Shown: positions 29,033 to 38,637, counted from the stretch's first letter. The stretch is DNA of 58,475 nucleotides from a virus (IMGVR_UViG_3300003937_000086:1-58475), one strand, 5' to 3'. Numbers and translations are program-made. The notes: generated by a model not told the origin, from the letters alone.

Positions 29033-30105
29033 TACTTTCTCGGATAGGCTGAGTTAATAAACTTCTCGTTAGCGATGAACTGCTCTTTGCTTCGCTCAGG
29101 CATATCGAGATGTTTAAATCCTTTACGTACTCCAGTCAACTTCAAAGTAACTTTTTTGGGTCTCAAGAAAGACAAAGGCCAAGCTGAGAGGATCACGTTG
29201 TTCTTTTCAACTACCGCTCCGACTGATCCGGCCCTGTCACCAGCTACGCCTGTAATGGTCATTGAGTCCGGCTCGCATACCGCCAAAAATCGATCATCGA
29301 TTCGGGTTACGGTTTTGGGGCCGACTACTTTAACGTCGCGCATCACGAACTCAAAGAGAACCTCGTTGGACTCCATTGTGAACAGCGCACCGTATCCTTT
29401 GTCATGCCAACCCATCGGCACGATTGCCGTTGATTTATCAGAGCCGGAATCACTAGAACTAGAACTAGAATCACTAGAATCAGAATCACTAGAATCACTA
29501 GATGATGATTCTGATTCTGATTCAGAAGAATCAGAAGAAGAAGAAGAAGAATCACATTTACCGTCAAACGCACTAATCCAGTATACGTCGCTACCTATGT
29601 CTTGTATTAAATTAGGGATGTCGTAGTCATCAACCGTGCCTATCTTTACGAAGAATTTACCACCATTCTGATTAGGCAGACTTTGCGACTCCGGCTCTTC
29701 CGGCCCGACTAGTTCACATTTTTCTACTGCGCCTTTGCAATTTGTTTCCCAATACAGGTAAACATTGCCGCGCCAGCCCAGAGTTATGTAATTGTATCTA
29801 GACCCTTCTTCGTCCTCAAAGTTAATGGGAACGTGTACCTCTGGGTTAGTTATTGATGTTTGCTCCTCATCATCATCTGTGTCAAACTTGTTTATTTGGG
29901 CAATTAGAGATCCGAAGTAAATATCAATCCCTGTAGGAGCGGGACGCATGGCAAAGGGGAACGGTTTATACTCTTGTGGCTGCTCTGAAGTCGTTATTTC
30001 GATGGGTATTTCATCGAAAGGAACCACATAGTCTTTGTTTTCCTGCGGCGCACTATTTAGTGAGACAGGTAAGCGGACATCAGATCTGGAAAACGGTTCT
30101 TCCAT
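29032..30105 (-). CDS. Putative tail protein with a central Ser/Asp/Glu tract
   Basis: CDSSSSSSDSSESESESSSSDSSDSDSSDSSSSSSDSGSDKS between two globular domains. Confidence 0.7.
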   Translation of the reverse strand: MEEPFSRSDVRLPVSLNSAPQENKDYVVPFDEIPIEITTSEQPQEYKPFPFAMRPAPTGIDIYFGSLIAQINKFDTDDDEEQTSITNPEVHVPINFEDEEGSRYNYITLGWRGNVYLYWETNCKGAVEKCELVGPEEPESQSLPNQNGGKFFVKIGTVDDYDIPNLIQDIGSDVYWISAFDGKCDSSSSSSDSSESESESSSSDSSDSDSSDSSSSSSDSGSDKSTAIVPMGWHDKGYGALFTMESNEVLFEFVMRDVKVVGPKTVTRIDDRFLAVCEPDSMTITGVAGDRAGSVGAVVEKNNVILSAWPLSFLRPKKVTLKLTGVRKGFKHLDMPERSKEQFIANEKFINSAYPRK

Positions 30106-30111
30106 CTAGCT

Positions 30112-31371
30112 TTATGGTGACTCTGGTGGTTTGTAAACTCTCGTAGTTTCTTTCAAGTAGCCTCCCCTAAACTTTTTAACAGTAGACGATACGATCAGAG
30201 AGTCGGGCCACACTGTGTGATTAGTTTCGGGGAAAAAATATGTTCCAGCGGTGTATTTATACGTCGCGTCTGCATTACCGTTAGTTACGTCCACGTTTAC
30301 ATTGCCATGTAGTGTCTCCCCGACCCGTAAATTAAAATAAGGGGTGGCTACCGCGATTGGTTCGGGCTGCATAGGCTCGTCAACAGCATCGGCAGTAACA
30401 TCGGCTTTCGACCAAGAAACCGTAACTAGGGCCTTACACGGGCCTCGATACGACCCTTTCTCGTATTGGACTTCAGGAACATGGGTTACCGCGCCTGACC
30501 TTTTTTCCCATTCGTCAAACCTAATAGGGAGTTTTAGAATCGGCGGGAAGAAGTAGTTAACAGTTGTAAAGTAGCTGAATGAGGGGGTAGTTTGGCCGTC
30601 AAAATTTACAACTTGTTGCTTTGTGACCGCATACCAGTTGTCCGAGAGTTGTTGCACCGTCCGTACGATTCCATAATCACTTAATTCCCAGTAAGGGCTA
30701 TCTGAGTTTTTTGCTACCGTCGAGATAGGGAATGATGCCCCATTTACTGAGACTTGCTCAGTCGCATACATCAGGGTCTGCTTCGTGTAGTTCGTCTTTG
30801 AGAAAAACTCGTCGTAGTCCAGCCGATACATGGGGACTTTCTTCACGTAGACCCGCTGCTCAACGACGTATAACCCGTTAAGCACCTTATCGTTTAGCGG
30901 GATCTGCTTACGCTGTGCCAGAACATACGTATCGGTTTTATTATGGTTAAGTTCATCGACCCTAGCGGATGAGGGGAACTTATCGACCGGAACATCAGGC
31001 ATGGTATCCCCCATCGCCGGAAGTTCTGGGTTAAACTCGCTACGACGGATCACGTAGTCCCGCGCCACGGCGTCGAACTTAGTTCCTCCAATGTCAGCTT
31101 CCGTATACGACCAGTTATCGTTGTCCTGATCTAGCTGGTCAGCAGCGTAGTAGTAACGGTAATACCGAGTCTGTTGTTTAGGATCAGAAGCCTCGACGTG
31201 GACCAGTCTGTGGTTTGGCCACTTCTTGGAGTCTGGGTGCTTGGTTCCGTATTCCGGTATGTCTGTTCCGACCCGCTCTGCGTCTACGGACTCAAAGAAT
31301 AGGATGTCGTTGACGTTCGGCGTAGGGAACGTGACGACTGACTGTCTCTGCGGTGATGGGTTAAGGGCCAT
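30112..31371 (-). CDS. Putative tail structural protein (419 aa)
   Basis: Beta-rich long ORF in the structural block. Confidence 0.6.
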   Translation of the reverse strand: MALNPSPQRQSVVTFPTPNVNDILFFESVDAERVGTDIPEYGTKHPDSKKWPNHRLVHVEASDPKQQTRYYRYYYAADQLDQDNDNWSYTEADIGGTKFDAVARDYVIRRSEFNPELPAMGDTMPDVPVDKFPSSARVDELNHNKTDTYVLAQRKQIPLNDKVLNGLYVVEQRVYVKKVPMYRLDYDEFFSKTNYTKQTLMYATEQVSVNGASFPISTVAKNSDSPYWELSDYGIVRTVQQLSDNWYAVTKQQVVNFDGQTTPSFSYFTTVNYFFPPILKLPIRFDEWEKRSGAVTHVPEVQYEKGSYRGPCKALVTVSWSKADVTADAVDEPMQPEPIAVATPYFNLRVGETLHGNVNVDVTNGNADATYKYTAGTYFFPETNHTVWPDSLIVSSTVKKFRGGYLKETTRVYKPPESP

Positions 31372-31387
31372 ATCCGTTTATATCCGT

Positions 31388-32242
31388 TTAGGAGGTTGCG
31401 ACTTTGATGACGGCGAAGTTTATTTTTACGGTAGCTGCCACATTACCATTGCCGCCGTTTCTTACAGATATGCTACAATTGCCTGTTGTTGTTGCGGTAA
31501 CTGAAGCGTATAACTTGTCGTGACCGACTTGTAGTGACACAACAACAACATCGTTAGCTCCTATATGGGTATTGCTTAAAACAAACACGCTGGAGTCGTT
31601 AGCTGAGTATGTGTTCGGCACGCAGGTAATCACTCCAGAGGGGGCATCCAAGGTGACTCCTGTAGTAATACTGTTCTCTTGAGTCTCAGTGCCGCCGGAG
31701 GAGTACCCTAGATCTGCGCTGGCGAAGATGTTGGGTGCGGAGACATTCCCTGCTAATGCGGTAATGTCTCCGACAGTGGCTACCACGTCCCCGTCCGATA
31801 ACGTAACATCCCCGCTAGTTCCCACATCTCCGGCGGAACTAACGCTGAATTGGTCACTACTCCCAACTGCGAGAGTGGTAAAGTCACCAGCAGAACCAGA
31901 GACATTCCCGACTAAGGAGGTGATGTTTCCGGTAGAGACCGTAATGTCCCCGACAGAGACCGTAATGTCTCCGTCCGCTGCCGTAATGTCACCATCAGTT
32001 GCCACATCTCCGGCGGAATTAACACTAAATACGTTGTTATTCCCAACTGTAAGAGTGGTGAAGTCACCAGCACCTGCTGTTAGAGTATTAGCCTGAATGT
32101 TCGCTGTGCCATCACTACTCGTTGCGCTAGTAATCGTATTAGGGCCAGCTGCTCCTTCCGACCCCGCCAACAGTGTGAGAGAATAACTGGAATCAGTTAC
32201 AGTCAGACTGTGCCTAAGCGATTCTGTGATTTCTACGCCCAT
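31388..32242 (-). CDS. Fibre-like structural protein with GD(I/V)T heptad repeats
   Basis: Repeated GDITV/GNVS units and a duplicated AGDFTTL.VG....FSV.SAGDV. Confidence 0.65.
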   Translation of the reverse strand: MGVEITESLRHSLTVTDSSYSLTLLAGSEGAAGPNTITSATSSDGTANIQANTLTAGAGDFTTLTVGNNNVFSVNSAGDVATDGDITAADGDITVSVGDITVSTGNITSLVGNVSGSAGDFTTLAVGSSDQFSVSSAGDVGTSGDVTLSDGDVVATVGDITALAGNVSAPNIFASADLGYSSGGTETQENSITTGVTLDAPSGVITCVPNTYSANDSSVFVLSNTHIGANDVVVVSLQVGHDKLYASVTATTTGNCSISVRNGGNGNVAATVKINFAVIKVATS

Positions 32243-32580
32243 TACTCAATAGTGATGCTAGTGATGCTGTCTTCAACGAAAACTTTCCCGTAAATCAAAC
32301 GTGAGCGAGTGCCTGAAGCGGTTCGGAAAAGATCCCACTCATAAGTCGTGTTACCATCTAACTTTAAGGTCTCGGTTTTAGATATCCCGACAACCACGTT
32401 ACCGCTATCGTTTGTCATAGCATCAAAATACGCGACAAGAGGTTTCCCTCCGCCGCGTCTAATCTCAGCTTTTAACTCGGAGGCGGCTAAAGTAACAGGC
32501 GCACCCGCCACACTGGCAGATAACGTAAACGAAAAATCCTCTCCGCGAGCTACTATGATATTATGCTTTGCTGCTGCCAT
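32242..32580 (-). CDS. Putative BppU-like/adaptor structural protein
   Basis: I.RGEDF...AEIR...YEWDL......RLIYGKV.V. Confidence 0.6.
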   Translation of the reverse strand: MAAAKHNIIVARGEDFSFTLSASVAGAPVTLAASELKAEIRRGGGKPLVAYFDAMTNDSGNVVVGISKTETLKLDGNTTYEWDLFRTASGTRSRLIYGKVFVEDSITSITIE

Positions 32581-32884
32581 CAGTCATTGCCTTTTCCACG
32601 GCGATGACGAAGTCTACCTTATCCGGCTTACCTTGTCCAGCGTCCGATTTCATCGGGCCACCATTGACCACGTAAGCGTGGACGGAGTCCAGATAGTCGT
32701 TGGCAAGGGTCATTTTTGACTGAACCCAAGCCTCAGTCATCCTCGGAGATCCGCAGCCGCACTGCTCCATGAGCTGTTCGGCGTTGGCCAGAATGTTGGA
32801 CAACTGCTGCTGGATCATCTCCAGATCCTTCTGAGAATCGTGGTGATGCTCAGAAGGTTCCTCGGACTGGTATACGGTGTTCAT
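32561..32884 (-). CDS. Conserved phage hypothetical protein (EAWVQSK.T.A.DY motif)
   Basis: Motif recognised from phage structural regions; function unknown. Confidence 0.65.
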   Translation of the reverse strand: MNTVYQSEEPSEHHHDSQKDLEMIQQQLSNILANAEQLMEQCGCGSPRMTEAWVQSKMTLANDYLDSVHAYVVNGGPMKSDAGQGKPDKVDFVIAVEKAMTDGSSKA

Positions 32885-32917
32885 TAGGGATTTCTGTAGA
32901 ATTGTAAAGTGAACTGA

Positions 32918-34549
32918 TTAGTTACCTACACGTTTTTTAAACTCTTCAAATTCATCCGGTTCAAGGACTTTCGGGAGGGGTTTATTGAGTCTGGCCCTAC
33001 GCGAGGCTGTTTCTTGCTCTAGTTTCTTAATGTAGTCTTCAGCAGAGGAATCACGAAATTCAGCGTATTCGGCTTGTCTGGCAGCTTGTTCAGCTTGTTC
33101 CGCTTGTCTGGCTTGTTCCGCTTGTCTGGCTTTTATGACTTGTTCGGCTTTATGGAACGGGTTTCGTTTGATTCGGAATGCTTCTGCTGCTGCTTCTGAT
33201 GCTGCTGCTGCGGCTTTCTCAGCGGCGGCTTCCGCAATGGCATCTTCCTCAGCGGCAACTTTATCAGCGGCGGCTTTCGCAATGGCAGCTTCTTCAGCGG
33301 CGGCTTTCGCAATGGCAGCTTCTTCAGCGGCGGCAATATATTCTGTCTCCTCAAGATATCCTTTTGGCGTATAATAACCGCCCCGACCTTCTCTATCACG
33401 GAAAAAATATTCACTGCCGTCATCAGGAAGTGGCGTAGTAGAGTTCTTGTTTTCGACTCTCCTTTTAGCTGCGGCCCTATTTTCCATTACTCTCTTTAAT
33501 TGCCTCGCTCGCTGACTTTCTTTGTATGCACTTCTGTTTTCGTCGTATACCGCCTGTTCTTCAGGAGACATGGCCGCATACCTTTTTTCTAACTCTCGTC
33601 GCCGCTCCCCTCCTCTCACTGCGGTATCAAGCCTAATCTGGTCTAAATCAGGTTCGCTAACATTAGCACCCGCATCCCTTAAAGCAGATACTGCGGCATA
33701 GATAGTATCAGCGGGTTCAAGGACGGACTTAACGGCTCTCAAAGCAGCGGTATCGTCGCCCATAGCATCGAAGTCGTCTTTGGCTCCTTGCTTCGCGTCT
33801 TCAGATATCGCCAGATGAGCGGCGTCTAAAACTGCTAAAGGGGCGGCTACTTTTTTAAGTATTTGTTTAGCACCTTTACCTAAAAGTGCTTTAGCTCTTT
33901 TAGACTTTGATTTGTCAGGACCAAGATCTATATCTTTTTCGGGCTTGAGCTTTGGTTTTTCGGGCTTGAGCTTTTCAATTTTAGGCTCAGGTTTGACTGG
34001 TTTAGCCTGCGTTTTAGCGGCTGGTTCCGTAGCAGACCTAGCCTGCATTTTCGCGGGTGGTTTTTTAGCTTGTTTAGCCTGCATTTTCGCGGCTGGCGGC
34101 TTTGCAGACCTAGCCTGCATTTTCGCTGGTTTTCTATTTTCTCCGATCTTTTTTGCTTGTTCTTTGATCTTATCTGCTTTTTTCCTAGCCTTTTCGTTTT
34201 TCCGTGCTTGCTCAGGGTTTCTTCTAGCTTCCTGCTCTCGCAGCATTCGCCGCCTCTCTGCTTTCTCTTTTTTGGTTTCTGGCTTACTTTTCTTTTTAAG
34301 GTCAATATCCTTGACAGTTTTTTTTGTAGGGGTTTTTTCAGCCTTCTTTTTTGCGGCTGGTTTAGCCTTCTTTTTTGCGGCTGGTTTAGCCTTCTTTTTT
34401 GCGGCTGGTTTAGCTTGTTTAGAATCACCAGCTTGGTCGCTTATCCGTTTATTTACAACCTCCATCCACGTCTTTTTTTCTTTCGGGCTTAGTTGCCCCA
34501 TCGAATTTTTAAGGGCGAGTTCTCTAGGTGTTAAATTATCGGCGGCCAT
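32918..34549 (-). CDS. Low-complexity protein with histone H1-like PAAKKKAK repeats and Ala/Glu repeats
   Basis: KPAAKKKA x3, AKMQA x3, EEAAIAKAAA repeats. Confidence 0.75.
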   Translation of the reverse strand: MAADNLTPRELALKNSMGQLSPKEKKTWMEVVNKRISDQAGDSKQAKPAAKKKAKPAAKKKAKPAAKKKAEKTPTKKTVKDIDLKKKSKPETKKEKAERRRMLREQEARRNPEQARKNEKARKKADKIKEQAKKIGENRKPAKMQARSAKPPAAKMQAKQAKKPPAKMQARSATEPAAKTQAKPVKPEPKIEKLKPEKPKLKPEKDIDLGPDKSKSKRAKALLGKGAKQILKKVAAPLAVLDAAHLAISEDAKQGAKDDFDAMGDDTAALRAVKSVLEPADTIYAAVSALRDAGANVSEPDLDQIRLDTAVRGGERRRELEKRYAAMSPEEQAVYDENRSAYKESQRARQLKRVMENRAAAKRRVENKNSTTPLPDDGSEYFFRDREGRGGYYTPKGYLEETEYIAAAEEAAIAKAAAEEAAIAKAAADKVAAEEDAIAEAAAEKAAAAASEAAAEAFRIKRNPFHKAEQVIKARQAEQARQAEQAEQAARQAEYAEFRDSSAEDYIKKLEQETASRRARLNKPLPKVLEPDEFEEFKKRVGN

Positions 34550-34562
34550 GATAAACTTCGTT

Positions 34563-34601
34563 AAAAACCCCGCTACCCGTTTCGAGGGCAGGTAGCGGGG
34601 C
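34563..34601 (-). terminator. Intrinsic terminator-like hairpin
   Basis: CCCCGCTACC...GGTAGCGGGG followed by a T run on the minus strand. Confidence 0.7.
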
Positions 34602-34622
34602 TTGGATTAGATATTAAGAATA

Positions 34623-35480
34623 TTAAGGATATTCACGATAAAACTGTAAAGCAAATTGGTTATCGGTCATTTCACCCATACCACCCCGCTCTGCAAGCAG
34701 AGACTTCATCTTCTCAAGCTTTCCTCTGTCCGTGCGGGACTTTGGATCGAATGAGGTTCCATGAGTATTCTTGAACAGAGCAATAGCCTGATCGCTGTAG
34801 TCCACTTCAGGAGCTGGCTCTGCACTTTCAGCCATCGCATCTGCTGCGTAATCACCTAAGCCACGCTCAGGTGCGCCAATTTCGTCAATCGTGCGGCCTG
34901 CCTCAGTGGCGATAAGCGGTTCTTTGCCTTTGCCTTTACGTTTAGATTTACGTTTAGCCTTACGTTCAGCCTTACGGTCAGATTTTTTATCGCGACCAGC
35001 AGGATATTCCTCAGAGCCTTCCATGAAGTCGAAGGAATCACCAAACTCTTCGTTACGAGACTGCATCTCTTCAAGAGTAGGGGTTTCCGCTGGTTGACCA
35101 ACTTCTCCTCCGACTGTTCCAAAGAGTTTATCAAATGCTTCGGTGTCATCCTGTTCAGCGTCCGCTAGCAGAGCTTCTTCGCGTGCGCGAGAATTCTGTT
35201 TCATAGTATTCATACCATCTCTTACCCTCGCTTTAAAGATGTCAGCTTCTTCGCGTGCGCGAGAATTCTGTTTCATAGTATTCATACCATCTCTTACCCT
35301 CGCTTCAAAAGAGTCAGGGGCTGATGCTCGCTTTTCGACGATATCAGAAAAAGAATCACCTTGTGCTGCTTCTTCTTCTTCTTCTGCTGATAATGCTGCC
35401 GCTCCGGTAGCTCCCATACCCGCGGGGTTCATCGTATTGTAGAACTTTAAAAATTCTTTAAATAACTGTTCTGTAGACAT
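34623..35480 (-). CDS. Acidic hypothetical protein with a 24-aa tandem duplication
   Basis: ARVRDGMNTMKQNSRAREEA twice (DNA repeat 35172-35233 / 35244-35305). Confidence 0.7.
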   Translation of the reverse strand: MSTEQLFKEFLKFYNTMNPAGMGATGAAALSAEEEEEAAQGDSFSDIVEKRASAPDSFEARVRDGMNTMKQNSRAREEADIFKARVRDGMNTMKQNSRAREEALLADAEQDDTEAFDKLFGTVGGEVGQPAETPTLEEMQSRNEEFGDSFDFMEGSEEYPAGRDKKSDRKAERKAKRKSKRKGKGKEPLIATEAGRTIDEIGAPERGLGDYAADAMAESAEPAPEVDYSDQAIALFKNTHGTSFDPKSRTDRGKLEKMKSLLAERGGMGEMTDNQFALQFYREYP

Positions 35481-35495
35481 AATAATTGTTTCCGT

Positions 35496-35540
35496 AAAAA
35501 AGAACCCCGCTGCCCGTTTTAGAGACAGGCAACGGGGTTC
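35496..35540 (-). terminator. Intrinsic terminator-like hairpin, paralogue of 34563-34601
   Basis: GAACCCCGTTGCC...GGCAGCGGGGTTC followed by TTTTTT. Confidence 0.7.
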
Positions 35541-35565
35541 ATGTTAAGTGAATCGGGATTCGGGG

Positions 35566-35781
35566 TTAAGACAAGTCAATTCCGAGTGAAATTGCGAATG
35601 CCTGAACGGTAATGGTTTTAACTTTCTGTTCCGAGGCATCGAATACTTGGATCAGGTCAGCTTTAGCGATTTCGGTAGGAGCGTTGGAATCTCCATTCAC
35701 CAGCGGTACGGGGGATGCGCCGCCAGAAGTTCCAGAAATTACCAGTTGTTCAACAATCGGTGCGTCGTCTAGTGTTGGCAT
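35566..35781 (-). CDS. Small protein after the capsid gene (candidate decoration protein)
   Basis: Position; DLIQVFDAS....KTITV. Confidence 0.6.
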   Translation of the reverse strand: MPTLDDAPIVEQLVISGTSGGASPVPLVNGDSNAPTEIAKADLIQVFDASEQKVKTITVQAFAISLGIDLS

Positions 35782-35803
35782 AATTCTATAAGTGTTACGC
35801 TAA

Positions 35804-35837
35804 GTAATGTTCCCGAAACAGATTTCGGGAACATTAC
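35804..35837. terminator. 15-bp perfect hairpin after the capsid stop
   Basis: GTAATGTTCCCGAAA-CAGA-TTTCGGGAACATTAC. Confidence 0.7.
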
Positions 35838-35850
35838 CTAACTAGATTAA

Positions 35851-37146
35851 TTAAGCAGCAGGGGTGCTGGAGTCACGCTTGAAGAGGATCACATAACCAA
35901 ACTCAGTCTTGATGGGCTTGGTTGCGCTGGCGAGAACACCACGGAAGAATCCGATGGAACCGTCAGGGTTGGTGATCTCATTGGCGATGTTCTTCCAGTC
36001 GAACTTACCACGGTAGTTGACAGGGTCGAAGCTGAGTCCGTTAGATCCGCTAAGTGGGTTAGGGATCTGAGCTTCGCAAACTTCAGGGTGAAGAACGAAA
36101 GCTGCTTCAAACGTAGCTGATTCGTAAGCTCCGTTTGGAGTCGCGATTCCGCTAGCGGAGACAGTGTAAGGCTCGACTGCCACAATAGCTGACCCGCTGG
36201 AAGTGGTGTCATCATTAAAGCGTGGAGCCAGATCGTCAACGAGGTGGTAGAATCCACGGAAGGACTTCTCCACACCAAGTGGGGCGATCAGGTCACTGAC
36301 CTTAGCGTTGTTGTAGCGAACGTCATCGCGGAATCCGGCCTCAGTCTGGAGCTGGTAAGAAGCCTCAGAAGAAAGGACGAGAGCGAAGACTGGGCGACCG
36401 TTCTCACGACCGTAAGCATTGCTACCAGCACCTGCGCGGACTTGTCGGAAATAGACTTTGTCCAGAACGGCGTTGGAGATGTTAGCAGTGATTTCAGCGT
36501 CGCCGACAGCTTCGCCGGAAGTTGGGGAACCTTCGTGGGTATCGGTAACGGCAGAGCCAGAACTCTTACAGACGAGTAAGTTAGCTGAAACCTTATCAAA
36601 CTCATCACGGTAGCGGGTCTCCCAAGTGTTGCGGGTGACCTGAGTCATGATGTCCATGATGGCACGGAGCTGGTCCTGACGGTGTGCGGCGAAGCGTAGG
36701 TCTTCAAGCGAGATGCGTGGAGACTCGATTACAGCACGCTCAAGGCTGAACGCTTTGAGCTTCTTGTTGAAATTAACAAACGAGCGTTTGTCGTCTGCGG
36801 CAGATGGTCCGCCAGTTCCGCGTCCACCTTGCACGTCTTGTGCGGCGTCATCGATCTGGCCTACAGGAAGGCTGGTAGCAGAAAACTGGTTTCCGACAGC
36901 CCCCCAGTCAGCTCCAACGGTTAAGGAACCGCCAGATGGTGTGTGGTTAGCAATTGCACGGTCATAAATGAGCGTGGTCTGTTGGTATCCCATTCCGTCA
37001 GCGAATGCGGACTGCTTAGTGAGGTCCAACCAAGGAGAGGTGTGGAGCGTGCGTGAGTAGATATCCTTGCCGATGCGGTTAGCTTCTTCGGCGAGGATCG
37101 TGTTAATAGCGGTGGTTCCATCGGAACCTACATCAAATGTAGACAT
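35851..37146 (-). CDS. Major capsid protein (431 aa from ATG 37146)
   Basis: Order portal-scaffold-this gene, size, own promoter and strong downstream hairpin. Confidence 0.8.
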   Translation of the reverse strand: MSTFDVGSDGTTAINTILAEEANRIGKDIYSRTLHTSPWLDLTKQSAFADGMGYQQTTLIYDRAIANHTPSGGSLTVGADWGAVGNQFSATSLPVGQIDDAAQDVQGGRGTGGPSAADDKRSFVNFNKKLKAFSLERAVIESPRISLEDLRFAAHRQDQLRAIMDIMTQVTRNTWETRYRDEFDKVSANLLVCKSSGSAVTDTHEGSPTSGEAVGDAEITANISNAVLDKVYFRQVRAGAGSNAYGRENGRPVFALVLSSEASYQLQTEAGFRDDVRYNNAKVSDLIAPLGVEKSFRGFYHLVDDLAPRFNDDTTSSGSAIVAVEPYTVSASGIATPNGAYESATFEAAFVLHPEVCEAQIPNPLSGSNGLSFDPVNYRGKFDWKNIANEITNPDGSIGFFRGVLASATKPIKTEFGYVILFKRDSSTPAA

Positions 37147-37211
37147 TGTTCTAAAATAATAAAGGTTTGCGCTTCCGGCCAACGGGGTCGGAAACTAAAA
37201 GAGTTTAGGAC

Positions 37212-37314
37212 GAATCTCTTAGAACTATACAATGGCTAGAGCAACCGGAGTTTCTATGTGCTTTATCAGTCGTTTTTTAGAACTATTCAAAGGCTAGAGC
37301 AACCTAACTGATAA
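37212..37314 (-). ncRNA. Tandem structured cis-regulatory motif in the capsid 5' leader
   Basis: Two 28-nt copies (37219-37246, 37277-37304), each closed by a different outer stem. Confidence 0.6.
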
Positions 37315-37318
37315 GAGA

Positions 37319-37346
37319 ATCTTAACACCGTATGCCGATCTGTCAA
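37319..37346 (-). promoter_or_regulatory. Sigma70-type promoter for the capsid gene
   Basis: TTGACA-16-TAAGAT with an extended -10 TG. Confidence 0.7.
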
Positions 37347-37430
37347 CGGGGTCGCTCAGACGTGAGAGCCGCCAGTATCAGCAGCGAAATAACGGCGAGT
37401 AGGGATGCCTCGTAGTAATCCATAACTAAA

Positions 37431-37455
37431 AGGGGCCAGCTTAATGCTGGCCCCT
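37431..37455 (-). terminator. Terminator after the scaffold gene
   Basis: AGGGGCCAGC-N5-GCTGGCCCCT then TTT. Confidence 0.7.
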
Positions 37456-37479
37456 ATATGTGAATTTAGGTAAATTTTA

Positions 37480-38637
37480 TTACACCGCGCCCAAAGCAGC
37501 GTTCACGCGCTCCTCAAAGCTCGCGTTGTCCGATACTCCGGCTCTGGTCATCGAGGCTTTCGTCTGACCAGACATCGCTGGCTCCGCATCCGTATACTCA
37601 GCTAGACGATCAGTCAGCGACTCGACTTCCTTACGCATCTCCAGATACTGCCTCACGACAGTCGGAAAAACTTGGGCCGATACCGCGTTGTAGGCATGGT
37701 CAACAGGGTGCATGACAGAGGGATCGGTCTCGGACGCCTTCTGCTGGATAGACGACATATCAAGGCCGTCGATTCCGCTAAGGAACGGTAGCTTCTGCTG
37801 GACACGCTCAACAACATTCCTTGTGATGTTCTGCCGAAGCTGGGCATTTTCCGCTGCGCTAGCGGCTTGCTGCCGCTCCTCCAACTGCTTTGCCTCTGCC
37901 AATGCAGCGTCGGCGTTAGAATAAAGATGTTCTCTCCGCTGCAAGATCGGATCGATGTCCTCCATGATCCGGTAGATCTTAGCCTTGTCCCGATCACTGG
38001 CGTTCGGCATAAGCTCAGATAACTGCTCTTCCTGTTCCTGCGGGTCGTCCAGCGACAGCACGTCGATCAGGGCGTCGGAATCAACCTCATACTTGTCGGC
38101 GATCTGGTCAGCCTGCTCTACAAGTGCTTCCAGTGGCTGCGATACCGCCTGATGGTAAGCAGGTGTCTGCTCCAGATTAGTCAAAGCCTGCTGCTGCTCA
38201 TACTGCGCGAGCCTCTCTTGTAGCTGCTCAACATCTTTATTCTCAACGAGTCCCGTCAGTTCCTGAATCTTTGACTGGTATTCTGTGGACTGCTGCCTCA
38301 ACATATCCAACTCAGAACGGTTTGTCTTCAACTCAGTCTTGAGTTCCTTGAAACGGTTTGCCGCTTTAGGAGTCCACTCGTCACCGATGTTGTCGGTCAG
38401 GCTCTCAATCGGATCTGTATCCTGAACCTCTGGTTCCTGCTCCACTAATTCTGATTCTGGTTCAGGGTCAGGGGTAGGGGGTTCGGGATCGGTGGTTGCT
38501 TGATCCATGTTCGCGAAAGCGGCTTCCAGTGAGGCTTCAAAGGAAGAGGGTTCAGCGGCGTCCGGCAAGGCGTCGATGTTAGTTGGTGCTTCTACGGCTT
38601 CGGTGGCCTCTACGGCTGCTTCTACAGGTGCGTCCAT
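37480..38637 (-). CDS. Capsid scaffolding protein
   Basis: Acidic, Pro-rich N-terminus, long coiled coil; lies between portal and capsid. Confidence 0.7.
   Translation of the reverse strand: MDAPVEAAVEATEAVEAPTNIDALPDAAEPSSFEASLEAAFANMDQATTDPEPPTPDPEPESELVEQEPEVQDTDPIESLTDNIGDEWTPKAANRFKELKTELKTNRSELDMLRQQSTEYQSKIQELTGLVENKDVEQLQERLAQYEQQQALTNLEQTPAYHQAVSQPLEALVEQADQIADKYEVDSDALIDVLSLDDPQEQEEQLSELMPNASDRDKAKIYRIMEDIDPILQRREHLYSNADAALAEAKQLEERQQAASAAENAQLRQNITRNVVERVQQKLPFLSGIDGLDMSSIQQKASETDPSVMHPVDHAYNAVSAQVFPTVVRQYLEMRKEVESLTDRLAEYTDAEPAMSGQTKASMTRAGVSDNASFEERVNAALGAV

Noticed and set aside
31370-31390. Short tandem ATATCCGTTT duplication between two tail genes
   Set aside because: Likely a slippage duplication with no evident function
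37219-37304. Mini CRISPR array (28-bp repeats, 30-bp spacer)
   Set aside because: Only two imperfect copies, no cas operon, and a location in the capsid leader with closing stems; a cis-regulatory RNA fits better
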